From the NCBI GenBank assembly GCA_965153455.1, contig OZ234493.1, positions 36,136,213-36,200,212 on the forward strand: a DNA stretch of 64,000 nt. Reading direction: 5' to 3'. A program made the position numbers and the translations under genes. The notes beneath the pieces are model-generated. The model worked only from the letters and a program-made list of their open reading frames with translations, was not told the origin of the DNA and did no database searches. This document shows positions 1 through 13,846 of the stretch, one piece after another. The number at the start of each line of letters is the position of its first letter. The first letter of the stretch is position 1. Origin of the DNA: Sphagnum compactum. Its lineage: Eukaryota.

Positions 1-436
1 TGTGGTCAAAATTCAGTTAGATTATCAAAAAGCCAAAACACAACACATACATAATGAAATCCATGTTTCTTCATCAAATCCACACTTCTCTTTTTGCTTA
101 GAATTGAATCATATCAAAAACTATAGTTTTAAAGGTAGAAATTAGAACTGAAAACATGAAAAACTTGTGGTTTCAAGTATTAACAAAAATTTGAAATCAT
201 ATGTGTCTCCTTGTTTAATTTTAGCAATTATCTAAATCTTACTCTATGTGTAAAAAAAAATCTCCCAAATTCCCACAATTTCCAAAATTACATCCTAAAT
301 CACTTCCTTCTAAAAGTGATTCAAAATCAAATGTCCATTAGTCTCAATCCTATCCAGCTCATTCACTGCCTTGTTTTCCCAACCATTCTCATGATATATT
401 TTACCTTGGTTGATCACTACCACACATCGAATAACA
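1..436 (-). repeat. Partial 3' LTR of the gypsy element (may run off the window edge)
   Basis: Starts TGTTATTCG on the minus strand directly after the polypurine tract. Confidence 0.55.
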
Positions 437-3400
437 TTACCTTCCCTCCATTATAGATTTCGTCCTTGAAATCCTTCCTTCAATTAAAAAAAAATTGTTT
501 TTCGTATCATTTTCAATCGTCTGTGGCTTGGTTTGTTCCACCTGAATTATTAATATAGTACTACTTGTACTTCAATCTATGGTCTTGTATGGCCCTTTTT
601 TTTTGTACTTACTTGAAAAACTGAATTTTCAGATAGTGTGGTGTTGTTACACCTTCTTGGTTTTGCTTCTGTGTATGTTTCACCACCTATTCCACACCTT
701 TAATTGGCTCCCTTTGTGTCCCAATATCATTAGTTATTATTTTTGTCTCTTGTTGTGAAGTTGTTTATGTTTGTTCCTCTATTACCATAATTGGAGTATC
801 ATGTCCTCCCCTCAAATTTTTTGATTTTTTTAAATGTTTATCCTTGACTACTCTAATGCACTCAACTTCCTCCACTTCCTATACAAGACTAGACGATTTT
901 GAACCATCTGAACTATTATAAATAAAATTTGGAAAGGTTTTTTTGAACGCAAATAAATGTCTTCTATAGGTGGCCTCATCCTTTCTGTGTGCAACCAATT
1001 TTTTCTACATCTCCTCCTAAAATTAAACCTCTATCAACTCCCACCACTCATCAAGTTCAACATTAGCATCATCCATTTGTTGTTTGGTATGCAATATTGA
1101 ATAATTTTATACCAAGTCATTATATTCTTTCAATTTATTGTTGACATATGCTAGATCCAAATCCTTGTTCTTCTCCACCAAATCATCCAGCTTTGACTTG
1201 GTTTTGACCATCTTGATTACTTTAATTCATTCACCTCAATGATTATTTGTTCTTTGCCCTTTTCAACCTTTTATCTACGAAGCTCCTCTCTTGCAATCAT
1301 GTTCTTCATTTGCAAGATTTACACTGTCATCTTCTGCGACATGGTTTGAATTATAATCTCATGTTCTTGCAATCACAGTTCCCTTTCTCTTTCCAAGCCT
1401 TCAACCTTATGCTTATATTCTATTAATGCCTTTTGATATCAATGGTCTGTGTCATTCCATGCCTCCTCTTTTTTTTTCATCTCCTTACATTCCTTAACTT
1501 TGTCCATTCCATCATCCTTTTCTTCAACTCCTTATTTTTTGTGGTCGATTGCAACATTTTCACATTGACTTTCTCTCATGTCTCCTATTTCTTCCAAGTT
1601 ACTATGCGTTGTTTGTATTGCTCATATATTTCTTTCTCCTACTTCATTTGTTACAATAACCCCTTCTTTTCCCCCTCCACTACAGTTAATCTAATTTTTA
1701 ATGCAAACCCAAATCACCCATTTTCTGATTCACAATTGCCATTGCTCGAAACATTTCTATAGTTTTGTTACTTCCCAATACGTCTTTTGCCAGCTCTTCT
1801 ATAAATTTGGGAGTCAAATTTTGTGGTGTCTCCTCTTTAAAGGCATATTTTGATGACAATCCCCTTTCCCTCATTTGTTAACCCAAATCCATATCCAACC
1901 CCTACCTTTTTGTTGATCCTAATATACTATGTGGTAGCATTATCGCAGGTGGTCCAAAACTATTAAATGTTGATTCTAATACAACCATTTGTGGTTCCTG
2001 GGATGGATGTGGTTGTTATTGCTCCATAAGTGGTTGTGTAACATGTATGTCCATTGGAGCCTCTTGATGGACCTCCATCTATGCATGAAAATCATAAAAA
2101 TCATCCACATCATCATACTACATGTGTTCATGTTGGTTTTTTAGTGTTGTTGTCACATGAGGTAATATGCTCCTTTCTTATTTAATATGCTACAAATGTT
2201 CCCTTCTTTCTTGGTCTTCTTCTGAGTTATGATCCCTATCTATTTTGGACGAAATATGTCCGGTTACCCCTATAGTTGTAACTCATGTTGGTCTAATGTT
2301 TCCATGCATGACTTTTTGAGGCTTAACATCTTTTCCTAACTTCCTCCACATTGCTCTGATCTTTCTTCAACCTCAAATGTGTTCTTCCTTTTCTACAAAA
2401 TTTTTGGAGATCCCCTTGTTGCTCCCTTCTTATTATCCAAAACCTGCTGCAAATCCTCCTTAAACCTCTTGGATTTTTTTTAAGTTTATGTTGTCTTTTT
2501 TGTTATGACCTCATAATCCTCCTCAAACATATACTTGAACAATCCCTCTAAAACGAACATTGAATGACAAATTTCATTCTTGTCTTCATCAGAAATTTAC
2601 AAGCTTCATGGGTGTGTTCCAAATTTGTGTGAATTTGTTATTTCATAAGTTCATATTACTTAAACATGTGAATGTCATGCATTATTTAAACATGGAAGTC
2701 ATATGCATGACTTTTGTGTGTAAACAACACAAATAAACATACAACATCTATGTCTAAACGATACAAATAGGCATATAACATTCGTGTTTAAACAATGCAC
2801 ATGATATCAATGTTCAAACAATACAAGTAGATGAATGACATTAGTGTCCACTCCATACAAACCTATGAAAAGTAGATTTTGCACGACTATTATTGTCAAA
2901 ATATTATGGCCCACAAAATTTGTGATGTTCTTGCTTTCCCCATGTCTACATTTTCTCATGCATTTTTGTCCATCTATCCAATTCACTACACATATTATCT
3001 AACAAAATCAATGCCCAATTTACCTTAATTCCCTCCTCTTCTTCATGGATGTTAGTGCATTTTTGTTGCTTATGTAATTCACCTTCTCCTTCTCATAAAT
3101 CGTAAATATAACTACAGGATATCTAACACTAAATAGTAGTTTACACTTCTTAACATTCCATTGGTCTACATTTGTGTATGGAGGTATAATATCATGTTTG
3201 AACAATAATTTTTTTGTTAATGTTTGGTCATGTATCCTTTAGGATCCTCAACATAACCACTCTGACAAACACCAAAAGCATTAGCTATCAACTACTTGCT
3301 AATGACATACAAATGTTTCTCCTACCAAATAAATCTCAGATCCTTTGATCACAAAAGTATTCAAGAATTCTACTAATGCATCATGATCTGGTTCCTTCCA

Positions 3401-5470
3401 CTTAATGGCTAGCAACATGACCAAACCAACCTTACTAGCTTAAGCCTCTTCTTTCTCTCCCATTTTTTTCCACACCTCCAGTCTCTCCACCTACTTAGAA
3501 TAAATCTATTTGGTTGGAATAAAAAATATTCGATTTCATCTAAAAACTTAATTTATTTATTTTCCAAATTTTTCTTATCCATTTTCCACCAAGGGTTTTG
3601 TCTATTTCCTAACATAAATATTGGTAAATTTCCCAAACCTAATTAAGATGATGATGGAAGTAGGGGTTGTTGTTTTGCCATCTATGGTTATACTTCCTTT
3701 TGTGTGAATTTTGCAATTTCACCAACGTCTATCATTACTTTAATGAATCTTTGAATTGCACCAACACTTTCTTCTTTGTTTTTGTCATTGGATTCTTAAA
3801 TATCCAGATGTTTTTGTGTTGTTGCACCAAGTCCCATCGCCACTCTTGTTTGCCTTCTAAAAATTCTTCTCTACGGCCTCTCTAACATTAGTCTTATCCT
3901 CTCCTCGATGTTTTCTACACATTTAATTGCTTCACCAATTTCTTTCGTGAATCATTTCCATTCCTCACATTCCAATAATGATGGCGATGCCAAGGGTGAA
4001 ATCACTTTCAATGGCACAATGTTGTAAATTGGTCCACCCGCCTATCTTTCCAACTCCACTTGGAGTTCTTTCCACCTTACAAGAACTTCTACCATACAAT
4101 TTTCTTCAAGTTTCTTCATTCTCTCTCATTCTATAATTTTTTGTGCTTCTGCCTCTCTTGCAAGTTTCTATAATTTTCAAGCGCACTTTCCTCACTCATA
4201 TTACAACACACATCACAAATCACGAAGTCATTATGGAACAACTTTGAATGCAAAGAAATTTGGCAACCATTTTTTCCTCCCTTTTTTGTTTAAAGCAACC
4301 CATCGTTTTTGCATTAATTGTTCATTTTTTCAAGCACCTTGTTCCTTTCATGATGGCCTTGCTCCCATACATCCACATGGAAACAATTATTGTCCATCAA
4401 TGGCTCAAATGCATATAATATTTTCCATTCATCCAAATGCCATCATCACCATCTTTCCCTTCATCCTTCATCATCTCTACCATGTGTGTTGTAGTCTACT
4501 CCGACTTAGTTGTATTATCATTCGGTTTATTAACTGAATCAATTGGTTTTGCTAGTGAATCATCAGATTTATAGTATGGTCCTAATCACCAAGTTGCCAT
4601 TATTAATTTGTGGTTGTCGTGGCGCTACTTTGCCATCCTCATCTTCATCTATATCACTATCCTCTTCATCATTGATTTATGGTCTGTGGCTCCTCCCAAT
4701 AAACTGGTTTTTATACTTCAAAATTTTGCACCTTAGATGCAATAAATTGGTATAGTTTTAGTTTGTTAATATTTACCAACACAAGGTTAGGTTCAAAGTT
4801 AGTTAATGTCACCAATAAGATTATATTGTTAGGTAACATGTATTGTACCTTGTATGGTCCAACAAACCATTTTCTAATGAACTTCCCCAAATGTGATTTA
4901 TTCCCTTTTGGAGACCACATAACAAAATCACCATACTTGAATTGTTTTTCTATATTTTTCTATTGATTCTACAAAGCCCTATTCCACTACTGAGTTCCTA
5001 ATTTAACCTCAGATTGTAGTCTGTCCTCTTGCAATTTCTCTAACTCTAACAATGTTCATTTTATCATGCTATTGCAACATCCTTCCTAGAGCTATAATGT
5101 CCCTTAATTACATTAATTATGTCATTATAGTGTAACATTCTTGAACTTGTGCATCCTTCATGTGTATCATCAATTCCCCATGTACCATCCTCCCACATGT
5201 ATATTCCTTTGTTACATGTTCAAGTGTAACATCCATGTGTTTTGGCCATATGCACAACCAAATATAAGATTTATCTGTATCATCCTTTTTGTAACATGCT
5301 TGCATAATTTCCACATCTATCTTTGTTGCGTAATGTCTTTTTGTAATGTCCATTTGAATAATCTATGTGTAACATCCATCCTAATGTATCATTCAACCTT
5401 GGTTAACATGTGTTGCACAAGTAATTATATGGGTACAAAGAATAATGACCTTTTAATCCACATTTGATGA
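1..5470 (-). mobile_element. Decayed Ty3/gypsy LTR retrotransposon, 3' part: integrase C-terminus, about 4 kb extra coding region, PPT and partial 3' LTR
   Basis: ORF 4711-4920(-) reads LGKFIRKWFVGPYKVQYMLPNN...VNINKLKLY, the GPY/F module of gypsy integrase. On the minus strand a purine tract GGAGGGAAGGTAA (449-437) abuts TGTT at 436, the expected LTR start. 480-4700 holds broken E/K-rich and W-containing reading frames on the same strand. Upstream boundary is approximate. Confidence 0.8.
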
Positions 5471-7382
5471 ATTTACAATCCTAGGGCTCATACACACAAC
5501 ATTTTATTTGTAATTATTAAATAATATTAGATTTTAGTGCCTAGAAGTTATGATAATAATTTGAACCCAATTTGTTGTGCATGAAACATGCCTAGATATA
5601 ACATATACTAATGTGGCTTGTGCCACTAGCCCTTAAGTGTGAATAAGACCTTGACCATAAGACCCAATTGTGAAAAACCATTCTAAATATTAAAGTTTTA
5701 GTGACAAAAAATATTCAAAATTCAATGTCTCCCACACCTTACATCTAAGAATTACAAAAGCACCTCCAAGATATCCATTCAACAAGGGCTTTCCAATAGT
5801 ACCAAGATCTTGCACTAGTTTCCATAAAATTTGTAATTTTGATTTTATTGAATTTTCAATGACAAAATTGTTCAATATTCAATAATTTCTACATAATAAG
5901 TTTAAACACTACCAAACCACCTTGACGCATGCCTATTATTGAGGCTTTGCAACAATACCAAGAGTGTAAGGTGGGGGCATTGTGATAAAGGAGATTTCAA
6001 CATGACAAACAAACAACTTTTTGAAATCAAATGTGTATCTGTTGGTCTTGTGGGTGTGAATTGTGAACATATTAATAAGAACCATGTGGCCACTTAAATG
6101 ATTCCTTAAAGAACAATGACTTAGCTAGTTAAGTTAATGTCGCAAATTTGGAAGGTGACGGATTATAAATCCAACATGTTATTATCTACTATGTTTTGTA
6201 AAGGTATATTTCAAACATTGCTCATGATTATGTCATTTAAAAATGATTTCAAGTCATTTTGGAATGGGGTCAAACATTGATTATGTTAATTTCCTTATAA
6301 ATGTTTTTGGGTACTTTGTATCCATTAGTTTCACTTCAAAGTATTCCGAATGATCAAATAATTTGCTAGAAACAATATTTTATAAAGGCATCAAACACTC
6401 CAAATTAGCTTAATTTTTTACCCCAAAACAATGCAAAACTAAATAATGGTTAAACTTGTTGTGATAGAATGTATTATGTTTGTGCAAGTGCAATTCGACA
6501 AATTATTAACAAGCCCAAACAAATAGAAACAAGTGAAAATTTACAAGTGTCATGCACGATATCTTATGACCAATTCATTGACATGAGCCATCAAACATGT
6601 AATGATAATATATTATTATATATTATAAAAATAAGATATTTCATTTCACTTAATTTGTTTCTCACAAATTTTCATCCACAAATTTTCACTTTTAAATGCA
6701 CAATGAATGAATTTCATCCATACCATTAACATTTCATCATATGGATGTGAAGTTAATTTAATATTGTCCATTTTTCATCCATTTAATATACATTTAGGAA
6801 GGTGTTCAAAATAATTCCTTAGATGGTTGACCATGTAGTTCAACTTCTCTGAATAAGGCCCCCAAATGTGTATAAATGATATAAATTTTCTCTCCCAACC
6901 TTCCTTATCCTAATGTCAATTTCACAATTAAATAATCCTTGAAATGTTGAAAGTAATTTTTATGAAAATATGAAGTTGAAATGTTGAAAACCTTCATAAC
7001 TATTGCATGTTAAAATCTAGATAATTTCACAACTAATATGACAACATCATTGTATACTATCAAAGGTCACGAAAACAAAATTTGAAATCTAAAAATGAAT
7101 TGATTTTTGCAATAAATAATTATTCTTTTTGTCAATGTGGTAGTTAAACCTAGGCTATGATATCTACCTTTAGTTTGTTTAAAACTAATTTGAGATGCGA
7201 CCTTTTGTTATAAGGTTTTATTCTTTTTGTTTCTTTCCATCCTTCGAATGTAATGAATCAAATCATGTTTGAATATTTCTTTACATACTTCATGGCCTTG
7301 TTTTAAATTATCTTTGTGTGTGTTTGGAATTAATTATAGGTATTAACTACTTTATGATTTGTCTTGGACTTTATACACATGA

Positions 7383-10104
7383 TGCCAAAACCAAACATCC
7401 ATGTGACTAGGCATTTTGCGATTATATTGTCTCAATCTTAGTCACATGTAGTTATGCATACCATTTTAAAATGCACAATTGACCACCCCTAGTCATCATT
7501 GGGATGACATGACTAGGGAGGTTGACACAAGGTGACCTTATTTGATTTTAAAAAAAAAGAACACAAAAAATCATGGGGAAGAGGGGGAGGTTAAAAAAAT
7601 AAAAGTTCAAGTCAAAATAATTTATAAAGTATAATTGGAAACTCCAAGTGGACTCAGTGTAGAGTGCTAACTTTTTTTGACCAATTATGAAATTGAACAT
7701 ATGATCAAAGGACAATATATTTCAAATATTTTTTAAAAGACTTGGAAAATTGACAATAAATTAAAATTTTAATATTTTCAAAGGAATTTCTTTAAAAACA
7801 ATTGTTGGCTTAACTTGAATAGTGTGGCAATTAAGCAAAATGAAAATGGGAATTGATTAATTAGAACAAACTTGCATGCATATATTGAAAGTTTAATCAA
7901 TATTGAAAATTGATTCATCCAATACTAAATTAGGGGTTCATGAATCTAATTTTTATTACTTTTCAAATGTATTAATTATTCAACCCACCACCCAAATATT
8001 TATTTTTTTATAAGCTAATAATGTGAAGGGAAAAAACATAAAAATAACAAGACCATCAATGGGCAATTTGTATTTTGACATTGAAAATCCGATTGAAAAG
8101 ATTGTTGAATAACAAAACATAAAGGTGTTTTGCAAAGAAGATACAAATAACAATTATATGCATAAAAGAGTAATTAATTTGAACTTGGGGGACATAAATA
8201 ATTCTAAATAATGTAATGTCTTTATGTTTGACATTAAATAAATTAAAATAAACTAAAATACATGTGAAACTATATAAATATTTTATTTCATTTCAAATAT
8301 TAACTACAAAATTAAGTATTTGACATGTCTTTAATTTCATAAATGCATTTGAAGTTTTATATATATATATATATATACAATTTTTCTAAAGTCTTTATAT
8401 TTGACATCATAAGAATTAACAAAATGAATGCAAGCATGAAAGTAAACACATGTGAATTATATTGTTAGTTCGTGATTAATTACGTTCACATCCAAATTTA
8501 ATCTCAATATGAAACTATTTTTTTTATAAATTGCATTTGAACATATGGTTTGAGTCAAGAATTCATAAATTACATATGAATGGTTAAGTTCAAATTTTAA
8601 AATTTGAAAATAAATGTGTATAAAACTTAAACAAAAATTGGAAACTAGATCCATGCAAACTTACATATAAATGAATAAATGAAAATAAAAATATTTTAAA
8701 TTTCCACCATCCATGTGGATGTAATTGCAAATGTCATGTCCACATTCATAAATTCCATGTTTCAATGTGAGGAATTTTATTCAACTACATAGTCATCTAG
8801 TCACACATGTTGTGTATGATAGCAAAATCAATCATGGATATAGTCATAATCCATGGTTTTGGCATATTGCCATCTACTTCATTCTTTGGTCGTTGTCATA
8901 GTTTTTGTTTTCATGACAACAAGCAATAAAAATCCATTTAACAAATCAATAATGATTAGTAATTCAACAAGTTCATCTATAATCAACAAGCATAATAAGA
9001 ACATGTATATTATAAGGAACAAACAAAAATCAATGTGTGAAAAGTAAGTAAAAATTTGTTACATTCAAAACTATTTGAAATTCCAATTAAATTTTGGACA
9101 CACAAAAAGGTGCATGGGAAACATGATGGCACTTATAAAAAATCACCAAATGGTAACATCATGGCAACATGGCCACATCACATGGCTTGATTATGTATCT
9201 TTTTATGTATGTGCCATTTCATTCACGTGGCATGTGTCATGGGGGACATGGTCCACATTGCACGTACCAAACATGGAATTAAAACATGCACATGCTAAAT
9301 GTGGGTCATTCATAACACTCACCATGAACTATGACTTTTTGAACACTTCAATTGTTAGGATCACAAAAAAAAATTCATGATGTGATGTATTAATGAGAAA
9401 AACAATTTACACGTATTAATGAAGCTTTCTAAGCTAGTATTAGGGCAACAATGTCTTTTGCTCAAGTTTTGTTCCCATTAATGCTTTAGGAAGGCAAACT
9501 TAATTCTATTGTTTGTTTTTCTCTCGTTGCCCTTTAAATAACTTATGTGTTCATTACGTTAAAAATATGGATCTATGACATCTATGACAACATTTATAAT
9601 CATATGTGACACATATAATTACATGACTCCATAATCAAATCCAACTTGTCACTTTGACCATGGCATATATAATTGACATGGCAAGAATATATTGTATATG
9701 TCCCAAAAAAAATGTATGTCATATATGCCATGTTCAAAGTGACTAGTTTGAATCCATTATAGTCACATAGGTCACAAGTCTCCAATTTGATATAATCATG
9801 TAGGTCAATGTCATTGGAAATTGAAACTCCCACCTCCTTGACCATCTAACCATCATTTTAACTTGTGACAAATAATGTTGTCACATAAATATAAACCTAT
9901 GTATCATTCAAATGCCACACATTATCATTATTATTATTATAATTACATAACATAATCAATTTAGTATGTTTATTCACATAACTCAATAATTTATGTAATT
10001 ACACGTGTTTAATATTTAGCTAAAAAAACTCAAATGAAATAGTTTTAATCAAGTCAAAACTTTGTTATATTCTAAAATGTCAAAATGTAACAACATTACA
10101 TTAG

Positions 10105-10166
<62 letters not shown>

Positions 10167-10638
10167 TAACATAATCTCTTTAATTACAAATAAAATTATG
10201 TAGAATAAATTTTCAATAGTCATTTAATTTTATGTTTAATTTAATAATTGATAACATTGGGTGAATATGACACATATTGACTCTTCAATGAATTTTTTAA
10301 AAATTATGTTTTATATGGGAATGCATTTGGAGTCTATAATCATTTTTGCATATTTTAAAAATGTATACTTTCATTTTTTAATTTTAGTTTATGTGAATCA
10401 AATGGGGTCATAATCTCTCATATCAAATATCAAATAGTTTATGTGAATCAAATATCATAATCTCTCAAATTACTTTTGTTGTGTGGTTGCAATGGTGACT
10501 AGGGTTGAATAACCTTAGTCATGTATAATGACTAGGGGATCCTAACTATGCACAATTAGATGGCACATGTGACTACATGACTAAACATGATGGGACATAG
10601 TTGCAAAATGCTTTATTCATGGATGTTAGGTTTTGGTA
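7383..10638. mobile_element. Non-autonomous DNA element with long (about 150 bp) degenerate terminal inverted repeats, Mutator/foldback-like
   Basis: 7383-7530 (tgccaaaaccaaacatccatg...gcattttgc...ttagtca...ccctagtcat) matches the reverse complement of 10495-10638 (taccaaaacctaacatccatg...gcattttgc...ttagtca...ccctagtcat). The interior is AT-rich with no transposase. No clear TSD. Confidence 0.7.
10106..10163. repeat. (TA)n microsatellite, about 29 units
   Basis: Direct reading. Confidence 0.95.
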
Positions 10639-12289
10639 TATAACTTTCTTCAACCCTTAGGTTTTGGCAATGGTGGAGCTTTCATGAGAAAGTTTACTTG
10701 GTCATTTCATTTGTTCTTTTTCATTTTTTGTTTATTTTGCTTGATTTGTGTTTATTTGCAATCACATTGAAAAGGCACTTGTGGTTGTCTTATCATTTCA
10801 AAGTCCACATTGGCAAAAAAAAAAAAAAACCAATTTTCAAGAAGCAACAAACTTTTCATGGGACTTCCTCAAAACTTGAAGTGGAGGAAATTTTATATCA
10901 TGTTTCTTCTTTTGAATGTTTAGATCTCCAAACCTTTTGAGTTCATTTAATCATTACATGCTTGAAACCAACAATGCTTCATCAGCATTTTTTGCCTCTT
11001 AAAGAAAATTTTCAATTGAACTTTATAAACACTTTTGTAAGCAACTTCATAAAACTTGAGTCATCTTTGGCATGCCTCCTTTGTTGTTTGTTGCAAAGCT
11101 TCACAAGTTGCACAATAACTTTTCAAAGCATCTCAATTCCTAGACATTGTTTTCAATTGCGTTATTTCTAGATTTGTCTTATGTTTTAGTCGCAAATTAC
11201 AAAACTTTCAAGGTCCTTCAAAGGGGTTTTGAAGGTCTTCCAAAATTTCCAACTCTTGCATATGTCCATGTAAAGATCAAGTTGATTTCTATATGGGTGG
11301 TACTTGATGGAGGGGTGACATAGGGTAGTTAAACAACACACTCCAAGGGTAACTAGTGGTTAATTTTACAAGTTTTAAGTGGTAAATCAAAACAATGTTG
11401 AATTTGTTTAACGCACTTATATAACAATGTTCATAATATATTATGGGAACATTTGGATGTTTGAAATAAATTTAATGAATATAGAATATTCAAATGCATT
11501 CCTAAAATACTGTAACTAATGTTTTGCTAGTTTATTCATTTTTCAAATGACTTGAAATGCTTTGAAAATGACATAACGATGAATAAGTAATTTATACAAT
11601 TACATAATAGTATAGTGCAATAACTTTTTGGGTCATAAATGTTTTATGTCACCATGTATATTGTGAATATAAAAATATTATGTGAACAACTAATCGATCA
11701 AGTTCTATCACATCATCTTGAATGTTTAACCTATTGATTTTAAGTATGAGACAGAAGAATTAACACTCGGTCATTGTATTATATTTGCATTCCACATAGA
11801 TGGCCTAAAGGAAGGACATAAATTACATGGAAAAGGGAAACTCACATCTCATCATAATACCCATATTTTTTAAGGGAAAAAATGTTGGACATTTGCATTC
11901 ATAGGTTTTAATGCGGGAAATGTGAAAGGAAAAAGAGTTACAAATTCCATAGTTTATGGTCAAATGGAAAACATTCGATGAAAAAATAAAATTCTTCCCA
12001 TGAATTGGGAAGGAAATTATGTTCTATAAATTTCACATGTTTTAGTGGTAAAGAAAATGAAAGTATTGGAAGGAATGCCTAAACAAATTGATATATGATC
12101 ATTGGCCCAATTCCACTAATACCCTTGTTTGATGATGCATATCTATGTTCGTTAAATATTATGGGTAAATAATCTTGTTGAATCCCAAGTTTGCAACAAA
12201 ATGAAAACTTGAAATGCATTCCCAAGCTTTCAATGAATAGATAAGGCTGAGAACTCTTAAATGGGATCAACAGATTTATAAGCAAGAGT

Positions 12290-12646
12290 TCAAAATGATA
12301 TCAACTTGCGCCAAAAAAACTATCACTATTTTGGTCATAACTTAGTTCACAACTCCAACTAGAGAATGTGAACTCACTTTCGATATATATGTTTCAAGAC
12401 CTTTCCAATGACATATTGGGAGGTCAATCTGGACCACTTTACTACATGCACTTTTATTTCAAAGCTTCAACATTCTCATTGGATTATAACTTTCAAAATG
12501 TTTGTCATTTGGGATTTGCTTTGGACTCCCTTCTTTGCATTCTCTTACACTTGTGACAATGTGCTTGAGTTTTGGGAGACTCTCTCTACATGCTCTCATT
12601 TTCATAGCTTAACTTAGGTCATGAGCCCAAAATTGGGGTCACAACA
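12290..12646 (+). mobile_element. Old LTR fragment of the same family as 42876-43695, opposite orientation
   Basis: tttcgatatatatgtttcaagacctttccaatgaca (about 12378-12413) matches the reverse complement of about 43016-43051. It ends ...ttggggtcacaaca versus ...gtggggttgcgaca. Confidence 0.65.
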
Positions 12647-12707
12647 TACATGCTCTCATTTTCATAGCTTAACTTAGGTCATGAGCCCAAAATTGGGGTC
12701 ACAACAT
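12587..12707. repeat. Perfect 60-bp tandem duplication of the LTR-fragment terminus
   Basis: 12587-12646 is identical to 12647-12706. Confidence 0.95.
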
Positions 12708-13239
12708 CCAAAGACAATAGTGGAAATTCTCTTCCCACATCAATGGGACACAATTTTAAGAAGTTCACATATGAAAGATGCGTTAAAACAAATAAAAATG
12801 GAAAAAACCTTAGTCATATGCCTTTAGGTTCAAAGCTAGTGGAAGAATCCACCCAAAAATTGAAAATCCAATGAAATAGCAAACCTCAAAAATGATCATG
12901 GTTTACTAAGGGTAGATTTTGCTTTGGAACATGCATGGCCTTAACATTAAGAAATTTCCACCCAGGTTGTTATGCTATCATAATACCTTGGCAACTTTTA
13001 TGCTAATTATGTAATTTTCAGAAATGTTGAAATTTTCAAAAAAATCCTAAAAATAAAATTTTGTGAAGGAAAATAGCGAATCTTGTAAAATATTTCATTT
13101 GCTGAAATGAAAATTTCAAAATTAAGTAAGTATTCAACATACATGTGTCAAAGTTGTCAAGGTACTATCAATATCTATCCATCAATTTAGGATTAAAACT
13201 CATGTTGAGGTATAATAAGTAACCACACTCTTATTAGGG

Positions 13240-13640
13240 AAAGGTATTTAGTTCAAACCACAAACAATGACAACTAGTTTTAGGAATAGAATTTGCATGT
13301 AGATAATGAGACGATTGAACATGGGATTCATGAGGGTTCATCTTTTTCCTTGGGTGGGAGGTGGCCATATTTTTATTATATTTTGTTCTCACCATGTTCC
13401 CAATGATGTTCCTCAAAGGTATTCCCAAAAACACCAGACTTTTATCCCATGCAAAAGTTCAAGTTCTCCCCTTCTCACCTATTATAGGTGGGTCCTAATT
13501 GGAACCCACTACATAGAAACTTCTAAATTTGGGGAGCTTCCAAACTTTCAATGTTTTTTTTAGAATAAAAAATTGATGGGCCAATGAAAGTGGCTCATTG
13601 CCAAAAAAATAATAGTAATAATAATTGGGAGGCATTCTGA
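13240..13640 (+). repeat. Dispersed short repeat (GTTCCC/GGGAAC-rich family); second copy inverted at about 55860-56140
   Basis: ttttatcccatgcaaaagttcaagttctc...cacctattataggtggg resembles the reverse complement of ccccacctatataggttatgagagttcaacttttggcaaaggttatgggatgaag (about 55997-56050). Confidence 0.55.
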
Positions 13641-13728
13641 AAATAAGGGGCCTAGGAGGAGGCTATAGCCAAGTCTAGCCTCACATTTTGAGAATGTCCC
13701 CCACCCATGAGCTTTACCTATCGTAGGG

Positions 13729-13846
13729 TGATGCGGTCAAACCAAGGCTACTACACCAGATCCCATCAGAACTCTGAAGTTAAGCCCTTTGGGCCGGAAT
13801 AGTACTGGGATGGGTGACCTGCCGGGAAGTCCCGGTGCTGCATCCA
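13729..13846 (+). rRNA. 5S rRNA: Cytosolic 5S rRNA, isolated copy, probably a transposed pseudogene
   Basis: 118 nt GATGCGGTCAAACCAAGGCTACTACACCAGATCCCATCAGAACTCTGAAGTTAAGC...GGGATGGGTGACC...GTGCTGCATCCA matches bryophyte 5S as I recall it, apart from about 4 changes (first G>T, T>A at 13740, a G deleted in AAGCGCC, C>G at 13821). Flanked by a 13-bp direct repeat and followed by only three T. Confidence 0.95.

Noticed and set aside
211-12617. Numerous 60-110 aa ORFs in the supplied track
   Set aside because: Mostly antisense or chance frames over decayed retroelement and AT-rich DNA; only 4711-4920 and 3020-3205 reflect real (TE) coding remnants.
13729-13846. 5S as part of an rDNA array or a Cassandra TRIM
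   Set aside because: Single copy, no 18S/5.8S/26S nearby, and no LTR pair, PBS or PPT around it.
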